From assembly GCF_006345805.1 (NCBI RefSeq), contig NC_043011.1:65608464-65672463 (forward strand): 64,000 nucleotides of DNA, written 5' to 3'. Shown piece by piece: positions 27,404 through 40,310 of this stretch; the stretch's first letter is position 1; each line of letters begins with the position of its first letter. The notes below the pieces were generated by a model that saw only the letters and a list, made by a program, of their open reading frames with translations, had not been told where the DNA came from and made no database searches. The translations under genes and the position numbers were made by a program. The DNA is from Octopus sinensis. Its lineage: Eukaryota.

Positions 27404-27799
27404 CTACATAAAACAAAAATCATGTCAAGATTGAAGTTTTTTTCCCGTTTCTGCCATAATCATTTGTTATTCAAGAGAAAATTCATTAACAGTTAGTCGA
27501 TGAATTATATTTAATACAATCAATAAAACTCATTTACTCAATGTGATGCGTTCCATCCAATAAAGTGAGAGTATGCAAAGACTACAAATAAATTTAGTGT
27601 TTACACATAAATGACATCATTAATCATTTTGTAGACTCTGCAACATAGAATAAAAATCTAGCTTCAGAATGTTTTTTAAAATATCAGAATTGAAAACATT
27701 TTTCTCTTATGAAGTGTATTCGCGTTTGAAGATGTAATATCTAAGCGGAAAATGTGCTTTTCATGCATCTAACGTTTGTCTTGTATCCATTATCTTGTG

Positions 27800-28150
27800 T
27801 TGGTCATTAGAATGCGGCCATGATAGGGCACCACCTCCAGGAACTTTTTACAAACTTGATTTATGTGTTTAGCCTGGTTATTAATCTATCATGTACTTTG
27901 ACGTACACCTAGGTTACGGGCACTTAAATACTCGGGTTTTAGTGAGAATAAACACAGACACGCAGAGACAAAAACAAACACACAGACACACGCACACACA
28001 CAAACACACACACACATAGCTGAGTAGCTTCGCTCAGTTTCCATCTTTAAAATTCTCTCAAAAGTGGTTGCCCGGCCGCTGTTAGAGTCGAAATCAATTG
28101 CACAAGGTGTCACGCAGTAAGAAGGAACCCGGAATTATCTGGTGAGAAAG
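27800..28150 (-). mobile_element. Diverged SINE (type 2)
   Basis: CAAGGTGTCACGCAGT..GAACCCGGAA and an (AC)n middle segment, similar to the 27.0-kb copy. Confidence 0.55.
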
Positions 28151-28803
28151 CATATTTATAATCTTCGTAAACTGTGTCAGAGACGTAAGTATTTAATAAT
28201 GAATTTCGAATCATTTCTTTCGACTGGAAAGATTCTATGGTACAAACATGTTGTTATTTGAGACATTGTAACTGAAACTTCATATTAGACATTGAGGCCA
28301 TATAGAAAACTATTAGTAAGGGTTCGAAAGAAGCATTAGGCAGTGCATTTTCTAAAATGTATCAATAGATTTTCACAGATACTATGCATTTTTATGACCA
28401 CCTGCTGGCAAACGAATGTTTTTCTTTGAATAATCGAAGAACTATTTGTAGTAATGACAATATTGCAAACGACAGAGCAATGATGTTACAATTTTCACTT
28501 ACCCTACTCTCTACCCATTAAAGATCTAAATACATTTACTACGGTGAGATGCATTAATAAATATTCCATATCTAATCTAAATTCCCAAAGTAGATAGTCT
28601 GTGCTACAGCAACAAATGAAGCAAATAAGTGAATATATATTCTGTTTGGTAGGTATTAAAAAGATAGACAGGTAAGATCGATAGATAGATATGTAGATAT
28701 ATAGGTATATAACAGGTAGATAGATAGATAACTACATAGATACATACATACATATATAGATAGGGTATAATTATTAAAAAAAAACAGGATGCAAAGGAGT
28801 TAT

Positions 28804-28889
28804 CGGTACATATGTTTCTGGCTTTATTGGACAGTTTATATCAATGCATAATTGATGTAATATGTATGACAATAGCCTTCTTCAGCCGC
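28804..28889 (-). ncRNA. Type I hammerhead ribozyme-like motif (Penelope-type)
   Basis: CGG-CTGAAGA-AGGCTATTG...CAATAAAGCCA-GAAA-CATATG-TA-CCG. Core boxes are intact, stem III is the palindrome ACATATGT, the cleavage triplet is GUA and stem I is CGG/CCG. Confidence 0.65.
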
Positions 28890-29804
28890 GCATAATTACC
28901 ACACCAAGGACATGTATTACATTATAAGTTTGGCAGAGGTGTTTATGTGTATATGTATATATGTATTTAGTTATGTGCGGGTTTGTGTATCTGTGCGTAG
29001 CGGTATGTATGTATATGTGTATCCCCGTCGGTACTTTCACACAGGTGTATGTATGTATATAAGTGTGCGTGTGTATGTATATGCGTGCATGCATGTGTGT
29101 ATATGTTGACTGATAATAATATGGTCCCAGACATTTTTTATGAGAAAGCAGATAAACTATTTAACCACACACCAACATGGAGCAGACAACTTATACTGAC
29201 CATACACTTGCTCTCCAGATAATTATATCTTGATTTATGACACCCACCAATACATCCCAAAGCTTCACTAACCGGCATATATTTTTTTCTGTATCTTACT
29301 TTATCTTTATGTTCACATTTTTATTACTTTACCCCTTTATATTTTATTTTTATCTTTTATTCTTATTTTTCGTTTTTATATTTTCGCTTCTTTATCTTTT
29401 TTCATTTATTATTCCATATTTTTTCACGTCTACACTGTCACAGTATAACTCTGGAAATTTCGACTAAACATACGACACCCTTTGTATATTTATATACTTA
29501 TATACTTTTTATATTTTTTCATATTTTTTTTTATTTTTTACTCTTTTATTACATTTTGCACCTACTACTTTCCCTCTTTGTGATCCCAAACTCATTAAAG
29601 ATTCACCCCCCTCCAACTCCTTCCCTTTTTATCTCAACATCCAACCTCCTCATTCTATATCGAGTGAAAAACGGTATAGACGCTTTGTTTTTGTTTTGGT
29701 GTCTCGCTCTGCTGTATACAACTATGAAGATTCGCATCCCCAACGAAACTCGTCTTTTTCCCAAACTTATAATGTAATACATGTCCTTGGTGTGGTAATT
29801 GTGC

Positions 29805-29891
29805 GTGGCTGAAGAAGGCTATTGACATACATATTACATCAATTATGCATTGATATAAACTGTCCAATAAAGCCAGAAATATATGTACCGC
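29805..29891 (+). ncRNA. Type I hammerhead ribozyme-like motif (Penelope-type)
   Basis: GTGG-CTGAAGA (29809-29815)-AGGCTATTGACA...TGTCCAATAAAGCCA-GAAA (29876-29879)-TATATG-TA-CCGC. Extended stem II with an inner ATCAAT/ATTGAT hairpin. Confidence 0.65.
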
Positions 29892-30386
29892 TAAATCCTT
29901 TGCATAATGTTTTTCTTTTGATAAATATACCCCATCACCTACACCACTAACTTGCATATACAGGTGCTTACAGTTATCAAGTATTCACCCTGAATTTTTT
30001 GTACCCAACTTACATATATAGATAGATAGGTAAGAAGGCAGGTACATAGGGATATAGACATGTACACAGATAGATACATATGTAGATATATATAGAGATG
30101 GATTGATAGACCTATAGATGCATAAATAGAGAAATATGGGCAGATATATATGTAAATGTGTATATAGAGGTTTCACCAAAGTCACTTGATACAAAATCGA
30201 AAACATTTCATTCCAAGATCCAAAGCAACAAAAAAAAAATTATTAGTGTTCGCTAATAAATCGAGAAATTTTGAAAACAAAACCCAGATCATTTAATTAT
30301 TAAGTATTTCTAATTGGAATGAATAAATACAATTGAATTTAAAGTATTTATGAAATTTAGTTTTGTTGCCGGGTGAATTATGGCCC

Positions 30387-30474
<88 letters not shown>

Positions 30475-30476
<2 letters not shown>

Positions 30477-31613
30477 CAGTGTGCGATAGATGTTTGAAGG
30501 AAAATCTATGTTAATAAATAAACAGATACATAACAGATAATAATTTTATTTATCAAACACTATTATGAGAATAAAAATAATCCTTCGTTTCTATAATCTT
30601 ATTCAATAAAGCCACCTTTAGCTTCAACAAATGCTTCTATACGAGATGTAAATCATCCAGATGTTCGAATCATGTGGTCCTCGTTCATTTTGGACGTTGC
30701 AGGTTTCAAAGAATTTTGGGTGTAATGGGCATGTTCATTGACGTGTCTCTCAACAACGCTCCACATATAAAGACCCAATGAATTAAGATCTGGGGATGTA
30801 GGAGTTATTATTAGGGGTTATGTGATCATGAAAATTTTCCGCCATCCATTCAGGTGTTACTAGACCCTGTGTGATAGTGCAGATCCTTACTGAAACACAT
30901 ATAGCCTTTCATTGCATACACTGTCTATCCAGGACTTAGCAAGCATTTCGAGGACCTTAAAGTAGGCAACAGAGTTAAGTGTATGGCCTTGTGAAAAGAT
31001 GTAAGGAAGCATCACATATCCTTCATTGCTGTCAACTCTAAATCCACGAGAGTTGCTGAACGTTTTGTAGACGTAAGAATCTCAGGAGGGTCTGCACGTA
31101 ACCATCTGTTATTTCTTCTGTTAAATGTTTTTATGTTAGTTGGAGTTTTTCTCGTTTACGAAAAACCAAATTAAATATGCTGCATTTTTCAGTTTGTTTA
31201 ACAGCAATTTGAAGCTGATGGATTGATTTTCTCATGTCGTTTTAGACAAATTGACATTTCCTCATCATATAAGGTTTAGATCTGATGTCTTCGTGGAAAA
31301 CCTTTCGGACTGTTCCTTCTGAGACATGGAGATCTTTGGCAACTGACCTCATGGATATTCTGGGACTGTAATGAATAGTCTGTTGAATTTGCTGGAAAAA
31401 GTTGAGGGGGTATTCCAATGATTTCAGCGCATTTAGAATGCGATTTATGCTTACACCTCGGGTATACGTTTCAATCTTCAATATCAAGCTCCCTACACGA
31501 CTTTCAAAAATGGAGAAATTGCTGAGGGTCTGCCATTATGATTTTCTGGATCCAAGTTTATACAGATTGAGCAATGACCTAAAAAATATATGGCCTCAAA
31601 TTACTTATGCGCC

Positions 31614-31616
<3 letters not shown>
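30475..31616 (-). mobile_element. Decayed Tc1/mariner-superfamily transposon (maT/DD37D-like)
   Basis: SPRISMRSVAKDLHVSEGTVRKVFHEDIRSKPY (HTH), SPDLNSLGLYMWSVVERH, and C-terminal SRIEAFVEAKGGFIE. Both ends lie in (TA)n tracts; TIRs are degenerate. Confidence 0.8.
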
Positions 31617-31708
<92 letters not shown>

Positions 31709-31736
31709 AAGATAGATAGATAGAAAGATAGATAGA

Positions 31737-31768
<32 letters not shown>

Positions 31769-31859
31769 GGTAGATATATGGGTATATGCATGTATACATA
31801 GGCAAGCAGATAGATAAATATATAGATAGATAGTTAGATAGATAGACAGACAGACAGAC

Positions 31860-32631
31860 AGAGACATAGATATATCGGTAGACTGAGTTATTGATATCTC
31901 GATCGGTATATGTCTGTATGTGTCCGTGAATGTTTGTTTTAATAATTACGTATCGTAGAACTAATATTCGTCTTACTCTTCTCTCATACACTGTATACGC
32001 GTCATCTTCCCTCATCGTCGTAACCGACGGAGTGCTTCCACATACGCGTCATCTAGCTCAACATGTTTTCCTGGCTAAATTCCAGCACTCATCCCAACGT
32101 GATATCTTTGGTGAGGCATCTACAAAGTGAAAGTAAATACATGTTTTTTTATATCGAATAGTTGATCGAGACATTTTAGAAATCCACTACGATAAAACTT
32201 TTGGATATATGGCATTACTTGATTTTAACACATTTCAGGGAAGAGCAAGCCTTAAGATTTGAAGTAGTGTTACGAATTCTCATAAATGAGTGGTAACATA
32301 CTCTTTCGTGTCCGTTCATATTTACGTTTAATTTTAAAATATATACTTAAACAAACTATAACGATTATAAGTGGCAATTAATGTTGAGAGAAGTTTTAGG
32401 ATTACCATAAATTACAAATTATTATAAAGTACTTAATTAGAGACTATGATGGAAATATTATAGAATATAGATGGAAAGCAAAGTATAAATAGTTATTAAA
32501 TTACATTATATAAATTGTAAGTTGTACACTATTACATACGTCGGTGTCTGACATCAGAAGCAATGATACACGAAATTTGTTAGAATATGATCAGTTATAA
32601 GAAGAACACTATTAAGATACACTAAGGGGCC
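31860..32631 (-). pseudogene. Decayed copy 2 of the unassigned Cys/Trp-patterned protein family
   Basis: TTATCTTAG acceptor at 32632-32640. KSMLPLIYENS*HYFKS*GLLFP...FDIKK~TCIYFHFVDASPKISRWDECWNLARKTC*. Nucleotide homology to 46441-47560 extends to ~33350. Confidence 0.65.
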
Positions 32632-32796
32632 CTAAGATAATTCATGCATTTTATCATTTTAAATGAATAACGAATATATCGTGTGATTATAAATATGGAC
32701 CATGTACGTATGACTCAATAACTTGAGGTATTCTCGAAGCTATTTAATAAATATTGGACCGGTCTAATTTCAATTGATTTGCGCTACTCTAAAAAT

Positions 32797-33008
32797 ATTA
32801 TTTTCTACTCTAGACCCAAAATATTGGAGAGGGGGGGCCAATCGATTAGGTCAACCCCAGTACGCAACTGGTATTTAATTTATCGATCCTGAAGCGAAGA
32901 AATGCAAAGTCGACGTCGGTGGAATTTGAACTCAGACCGTAATACACAGACGAAATACAACTAAACATTTCGTCCGGCGTTCTACCGTTTCTGCCACTTC
33001 GCTGTCTT
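32797..33008 (-). mobile_element. tRNA-derived SINE (type 1)
   Basis: Reverse complement of the 4704 family; absent from the homologous 47.3-kb segment. Confidence 0.8.
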
Positions 33009-33385
33009 ACTAATCAAAACTATTCTCATATCGGTTTATGATAACGTTACATTAGGAAGGCTTTTTTATTAGGATTATTGGTTTTCCTTTGCTTCTCCCA
33101 ATTCAGCTCATAACATTTACCGCGAAATAAGGGATTCCAACAAATTTCGGTATTGTAATATTATTCATACACATAACATGTCACTGATTATTGCATTTAC
33201 TGCTTTCGATTTGCTGAGATGCACAGTTTTTCATTTGTAGAAGCAAGGATAAATATATTTTAGTTGCATACGGAGCGGTAATTAAACTACAGTAAATCGA
33301 AAATAAAAGTATATACCGATGTATCAAGATGGATCTCTCTCTCTCCCTCTCTCTCTCTCTCTTTCTTAATATATACATACACATA

Positions 33386-33420
<35 letters not shown>

Positions 33421-33619
33421 GACATTTTATTTGGTTAATTTGCTTATATTTGTTTAATTTATACTGCATACCTAAATAAAGACATATTATATACATACTA
33501 CTGCTTACAATAATTTTGTGTATGTCCATTATTTTGGGTTTACAATATTGAAAAAATATGTCACCAAAGAAAATACGTAATCTTTGAAAAAACAAATAAA
33601 ATTCACGGAGTATTGTAGA

Positions 33620-34180
33620 TAATCGAAGGTGAGAATCTCAAGAGAGAAAGGAGATGAGACCTTTTGAAGACCAGCAAATAGATGCTACAGCAGGTGGACT
33701 GGAAACCCAAGATCAAAAGACACATGCCGCAACACATCGTAAGGAGTTTCAAGACTGCAGTGAGAGTAGACTTTCTCAAGATTCAGCAAGACATGATGCA
33801 GCACGTTAGACGGAATATCGTGAGAGAAGTCAGATGAGACTTTCCGAAGTTCACCAAAGGACAAGTGACGTTCCAAAAATCAACAAACCCATGGTGCAGT
33901 ATTTAATGTACTTAGACAGTTGTGCAATAGAAAAGCTCACAGAAACACACTACGTACAAATTCGTTATTCTCAACTCCTACAGCTGCTTTCACATATGAT
34001 CCATCCGATTCCTATAAAAAAGGATAATTTTGTCGAAATGACGGCGTTTGGTGCATCTAAGGAGAGAGATGAATATGGATTTACGCCGACGTTCATAGTT
34101 GAAGTGCAAGTCTATCACCTATTTGTTTCCTTGTTAGCCACGAATGAACAACCACAGTTACTGCAAATTTAACGTATGAT
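33620..34180 (+). mobile_element. Helitron RepHel N-terminal fragment (decayed)
   Basis: VEMTAFGASKERDEYGFTPTFIVEVQVYHLFVSLLATNEQPQLLQI aligns with the 21.3-kb fragment. Confidence 0.7.
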
Positions 34181-35893
34181 TGATGTAGGACAAGAAACCC
34201 GAGGGAGAAGTCAAATCTTCAGTGGAGCCGTACATGTTGACTAGCCTACAGGCATCGACATTCGCAGCTATTGACATTTATAGCTATTGACTTTAAATAG
34301 TAACATCGAGAGAGACCATCGGTGACCCATAAGTCTCCGAAATATCATCTTACTTCGAGAATATTTCTGCATCCATATAGGTCAATGAAGACTTCAAAAT
34401 CACCGAGGTTCTGTGTGTATGTGTGTGTGTACGTGCGCGAATACGTGCGTGGGTGTGTGAGTTTGTGTGTGCGTGTGTCTGCGAGTTTGTGTCGGAAAAC
34501 TTGGTGTCTCTGATAGCAATCACATCGAAAAGTAGCGACCAGAGTGCTTTGAACAACCCTTTCTGGATTGAAGGTCCCAGAGGCCACGTGTATTTCTACA
34601 ATGCAGTCTAGGTGCTGAAAGTTAAGGTGGAGAAAAGAAAACCGGAAACCAACACGGAGTCTGGAAGATAGTTTCATTCAGTCTCCATGGAATTACGTTA
34701 ATATTTGTGGATTGTTAGGAGCATAATTTTATACTCGGAATAATCACACCATTGGAGGTATTGTATTTCACTTTCATTTATTTAAACAGTTCCAAACTTA
34801 GAAAGGGATGACGTGAAGACATTTGCTACTATAACCTTTCGTTTTCACCTATCAATATCAGGATAATGTCTTGTCCACCTTAACACAAATCAGTTCGTAG
34901 AGTGTGTTTTTATTTATTGACCCAATTGTCTTTTGAAAATCGTCTGCTGAGTATGTATTCCTTTGCCTGAGATTAGTGTTGCTCGAAGTCTTGGAGTTGT
35001 GGATTGTTTCTGTGTATTACATAGTGTGGTGTAGTTAAGGCCATCATAAATGTGGTGCTCCATAAATATTATGTATTGTTATAATTTTTTCTTTTTGTTA
35101 TTTGCTTGGCTGTCCAACACACACTTGCGAAATATTTCCAGGTCAGAAGCAGCATAAGCGCGAGTGGATGATGCTAGGTTTGCGTGTCTGTCTAGAGTGT
35201 GTCTGAAAATGATAGGACAGTTGCAGTGCAACAGGAAGTAGTTAATTTTCATATGTTTTCCTGCTTGACATATTTGTTTTCTTTTAACGAATAAGTGTGG
35301 TCGTGAAAGCTGCTGCTGCTGTTGAGAGTGTCGTTGTGTTGTCATTGGAATTTCTGTTGCTATTGTTGTTTCAGTTTCCTCCCGTTCCAGCACTCAGTTT
35401 CTACTTTGCTTCACTTTCCTTTAATGCTTTTGGGGCTACGGAAGTCAGATGCCATGGGGGACCTCTTTCCTACAGCTATTTGTTGAGCACATCAGGATGA
35501 AACGACGTGGGTCCCTTTCCATTTAATCCGAAAGTAATATAGCGTAAAATCTCTAACATGGACTGTGGCCAAAAGCAATAGCCCTGATGTCTCTATTCGA
35601 GGAGTGTATCAATTCCTTCCAAATAGAAACTAAAGTCTAACTTTAGCTTCAAGTCAATCTAAGTGCATCAAGTGTCTCAATTTTAAATGTTGGGTGGCGA
35701 TTATATCCCTGTCATTGATGGGAGCTATGAAGTACTTCGGAAAACCTCCACGTTCTGGTGACATGTTCTAGATCTGATTATATATGTTTTAGCGCTCCCA
35801 TCACCAAGGCCTCACTTGCTGCTGCTCGGGGCGCGGTTTTACGCGACACAACCAAAAGTCACCAACCTCGGTGTAGTTATAACAAAAACTAGG

Positions 35894-38800
35894 TTTAGTT
35901 AGTTAGTTAATTTTTTGGCTCAAAAAGCAAAAAGCAAGGCCATGTAGGGGGACATCGAGTTATGTACAGGGTGGTGTTCATGTAAAGAGTTCAGGCCACT
36001 TGTGGTCAAGGGAGACTTTGAACCGAGCGGTCGACGGCATCTTCAATATCTCGTCCGGCGGCTTATTCCACGGATCCGCAACCCGGACGGAGAAATACCC
36101 TCTCCTTCGACTGAGATGAAATCGTCGCAGATAGAGCTTTTTGGAGTGACCCCGCAGCCGACGCTCTGGAGCAGGAGTGAAGAACAGCTCTTTCGAGAGG
36201 TTACAGTTTCCGCTTATGATGTTGTGAGCAAGAATTAGCTCGCCACGGCGTCGTCGTTTTTCTAAAGGATAAAGGTCGAGCGTCTTCAGACTTTCTTCAT
36301 AAGACAAATGCTTGAGACCAAGAACCATGCGGGTAGCAAGCTTCTGGACTCTTTCGAGATGCTGTATGTCTTTGAGGAGATAAGGAGAAGAGGCTTTAAT
36401 TCCGTAGTCCAAAATTGGTCTCACCAGCGTGACATAGAGCGGTAGGAATATGGCTGCTGGGAGCATTCCGAATGACCGTCGAATCTAGAACAGAACTCCG
36501 CGTGCTTTGTTGGCAGCATTGACGCACTGGGTCTAAGGTGAAAAAAAAGAATCCACCAAGATACCCAGGTTCTTTACCTGGTCGGTCCTCTCCAGCAGCA
36601 GATGACCCGGCTCGAAATAAAGTTGAGTTGCAGGAGAAGAGCCGACAGGCAGATGACAGCGCTTTGACACGTTCAGACACGGGTCCCATTCGTTAGGCTA
36701 TCTCCAAATTTGGTGAAGGCATCGACGAAGATCCTCTATATCACCGCGAGGAGCGACTAGTGTGACATCATCGGCAAATAGAATGTTGTGTTGCGTGAGG
36801 TCGTCGGGCAAGTCATTTATGAAGACCAAGACAATAAGGGCCCAAGCACTGAACCTTGAGGCACACCACTGCTCGCACTGGAGACGTCGGACAGCGAACC
36901 ATTAACTTGGACTTGGAAGGAGCAATCTGAGAGGAAGGCACCAACCCATCGTACAATATCCGGATGGAAACTATGTGCTTGAAGCTTGACAAGCAATAGG
37001 CGGTGGTTTACCGAGTCAAAAGCTTTGGCAAATTCCAATAAAACGATGTCAACAGCATCACCAACATCGAGGATGCGCGTCACCAATTCTTCCATTACCA
37101 GTAAGTCGGTCAAGCATGATCTCTTCGGCATGAAGCCGAGTTGGGAATCAGAGATAGAGGCTGTGTTTTGGAGGTGGAGCATCATACCTTTCTTAAGGAT
37201 GGTTTCGAACATCTTGCTGATTATTGAAGTAAGGGAAACCGGTCGGTAGTAACGCGGGTCTTCGCGGCTACCTTTCTTGAAAATTGGGCAGATTATCGCT
37301 GTTCTCTAGTCCGCAGGTATAACACCCGTCGCCAATGACATATTGAATAGACGTGTTAAAGGCTCGCAGATGACCGGCGCGAACGCTTTGATAACCCGTG
37401 GGTGTATGCCGTCAGGGCCGTGACCCTTGTTGACATCGAGGCCTTGAATAACGCGTTCTACTTCGTCACGCGTGATGACCGATCGAAGCATTGGAGGTAC
37501 CAATCTATCAAATGGAGGGTGTTCACGACCATCAACTTGTTTGAACATAATTGAAAAAGCCTCGGCAAATAAATGACTCTGTTGATAAATGTCCTCAATC
37601 GATATGCCTGTTGAGTCTACCAACGTTGCAATTTGGTTATTTAAGCGGGAATTCTGTTGGACATGTGCAAAGAAAGTTTTTGGATTGCTACTGGCGTTTG
37701 CCGCGATTTTGTATTCATATTTGAAGCGTTCTTCCTTTTCAATTTTCACGGCTCGGTCTCGTTGAGTTTTGTACACCTCACAAGCTGCAGACGAATCTAG
37801 ATTTTTGAATACAGCCCAAGCAATATCTCTGAGTCGAAGTTCTCGTTTTACCTTCTTCGTCACCCAGGGCTTGTGTTTCTCCTTCTTAGGAAGCCCAACG
37901 GGAACTGTTTGGTCAGTCAACCAGATTACATATGCTTTGAGGGACTGCTGAGGGCAACGTCATCAGGGATTGCCAGTCCAGAAGCGCGGAAGCCTTGGTT
38001 AGAATTTCAAGATTGATTGCAGAGAAGACTCTACGTGGCAGCGAAGTAGTCGTGGGCGTAGAAAAAGTTGCGTGCATGACGAACTTCAGGACCGCATGAT
38101 CACTCTTGGTTAGCCTGACACTCAAATTAGCCTGACACTGATCTTGGATAGCGGGAGAATACCAGATCCAGCATAGTTGACTGCTGCCCAGACCAATGCT
38201 TTGTCGGATATTCAACGTGTTGCGATAGAAAACAATCTTCAGCCACGTCAAGAAGGGCCTAGCCGAACCGGGAAGATGATGTACAAATTGATGCGGGCCA
38301 ATCGCTCGTGGGAGCGTTGAAGTCTCCTAATATCAAACAGTCATGAGAAGCTGAAACGAATCTTATCGCTTCGAGTAAATGAGCATCGTCCTGGGGGTCG
38401 GCAAGAGGTGGCCTGTAGACAGCTAACACGGGCAGGCAAAACTCGGATAGGCTCAGCTTGCAATAGACAGCATCGAATTTTGTTGTAGGTTGAGCATTAG
38501 TGGGTAGAATACCGCTGGACGGTTTAAGATCAGATTTAACATACACAGCAACACCTCCACCTCGCCTTTTTTCTCTGTCACATCTGAAGAGGGCGTATCC
38601 CTGTAGGTGGATTTCTGAGTCCTTTACTGCTGGAGTTAGCCAAGTCTCGGTGATAGCTATCACATCTGGGGAATCACGCATGGCCAGTGTAAATAATTCG
38701 CTGAACTTTGGAAACAAGGAGCACGATTTGGTATAGACGATGCTGAGCTGTGAAGTTTGAGGAGCGGGAATTAGGGAACAAGCAAAATAAGGGATATCAG

Positions 38801-40310
38801 AGATAGCATCGTTGTCGAGAGTATCTACTTTACTTCGATTCGCCCTCGATTCACTTTCCCTGTCAGCACTACAGCATGCGACCAGGAGCAGGACTTGATT
38901 ATTTGTCCATCTTGGATGCATAAATCCTTCTCTCCCATCTGTTTTCTCATCTTCAGTTCGGATATTAGGTTTCTCCGGCGAATTCTCTCTCTCAGTGAGT
39001 ATTCCTCGCGAAAACCCATATTAGGGTCCTCCCAGGCATGCTTCTGAGCTCTGATCAGAAAGGTTGAAGCCTCCTGATCGGAAGAAAAGATTACTCGTAC
39101 TGGGCGTGGTCTAGTGTCTGAGGTTGAGTTCGCTTGGAATCTTCCTAGCGACCTTATGGATACTGTCATTTTCGTTGACAGAGAACAATTCTCCAACTAA
39201 AGCGGAAACAAAATTTGTCTTCTTTTAGGAAGTTTATGCCTGTATCACAGGTGGATTCAGCTTTACCATAAATGATTGCTGATCTTGAGTGGGCAAAATG
39301 ATCTTTCTATTCTCTACTATGAGCAGCGGCATTCGATTCTTCGTCGGATAATTTCGAAAGGTTGGTTTCATAGCCATCAGACTTATGTAGGCCTTGGGGG
39401 TCGATCGGAATGGGTTTAGTGGTCATAACTTTCCCGCCTGGTTTGGAACTGCACTGCCTCTTCCTCGGTTTGGAGGAGCGCCACTCCCCAGATGAACTCA
39501 CATCAAGATCGTTCAGAATGGGTTGAGCAATGACATTAATTGGAAGGACAAATGAGGGAGAATCCAAACAGATTTTATCGTGAGCAGATTTCGTAGCTAA
39601 ATCTGACCCACTGAAGTTTTGACTACGTTCTTGTTTTTTTTCGGAGAACAACGGTCTTCAGGTGGGTCTGAGTCTACGCTACTCAATTCAGGTTGGGGAA
39701 CCTCCGGGACCGAAAAGGCAGATGAGGAAGAATCCGCACAGAAACGATCATGTGCGGAAACGACCGCCGGTTCCCCTGCCTTTTTGGCCGCTTCGATATT
39801 GATCCCTTCAGTTTGGACGTCTTTAGGGAAGAAGTCAAGGGTGGCTCTGATTCAATAGGAGACTGTTTATTCAGTAAATGAGTAACAACAGACTTTAGGT
39901 GCTCTACCTCTTGTTTGATCAACAGCAACTGCTCGTTGAGATGACTGTTGGTAGGACCATCATCCTGATGAGAAGTCCTGATTTCCGGGCCCCCATGTGG
40001 AAACCTGATATCACCGATCACCTCACCAACTGAATTCTCCTAAAAAGGGTCAGCAGAGCGAGCCCTTTTCGCAGATCTCAGTTTCGATTTGTAGGTAGCT
40101 GACATGATAGATGGCTGAAAAAAACAATCTTCTATGGGCTCTAGGACAAATCTGAGTTTAAAGCAGGAACAAAAACAGCTGCAATCCTTGTTGGTGCAGG
40201 CAAGAGCAGACAAAATCTGAGAGAGTTTGGGCTGAACCGAATCACAATCCAAGATTGAAAGCAGACGGTGAAACGAGTCAGGAACCCTTCCTAGTTATCT
40301 GAAGCAGCTT
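35894..40310 (-). mobile_element. CR1-like LINE, full length, frameshifted (ORF1 + APE-RT ORF2)
   Basis: ORF1 C-terminus SLGRF..RPRPVRVIF..ELKMRK; APE motifs IAITETWL, RGGGVAVYVK, VYRPP, GDFNAP; RT motifs QLGFMPKRSC, AKAFDSV, PQGSVLGP. (TAAC)n tail; 5' end approximate. Confidence 0.92.

Larger units (their letters stand above)
28763..29932. repeat. ~170-bp inverted repeat (28763-28933 / 29761-29932) around ~830 bp; probable Penelope-like pseudo-LTR pair
   Basis: The arms align by eye with scattered mismatches, and each carries a hammerhead-like motif. Confidence 0.85.

Noticed and set aside
29730-29760. Third hammerhead candidate (ATGAAGA..CGAAACTCGTC), and a similar one at ~47593-47622
   Set aside because: Core positions are mutated and stems I/II do not pair convincingly.
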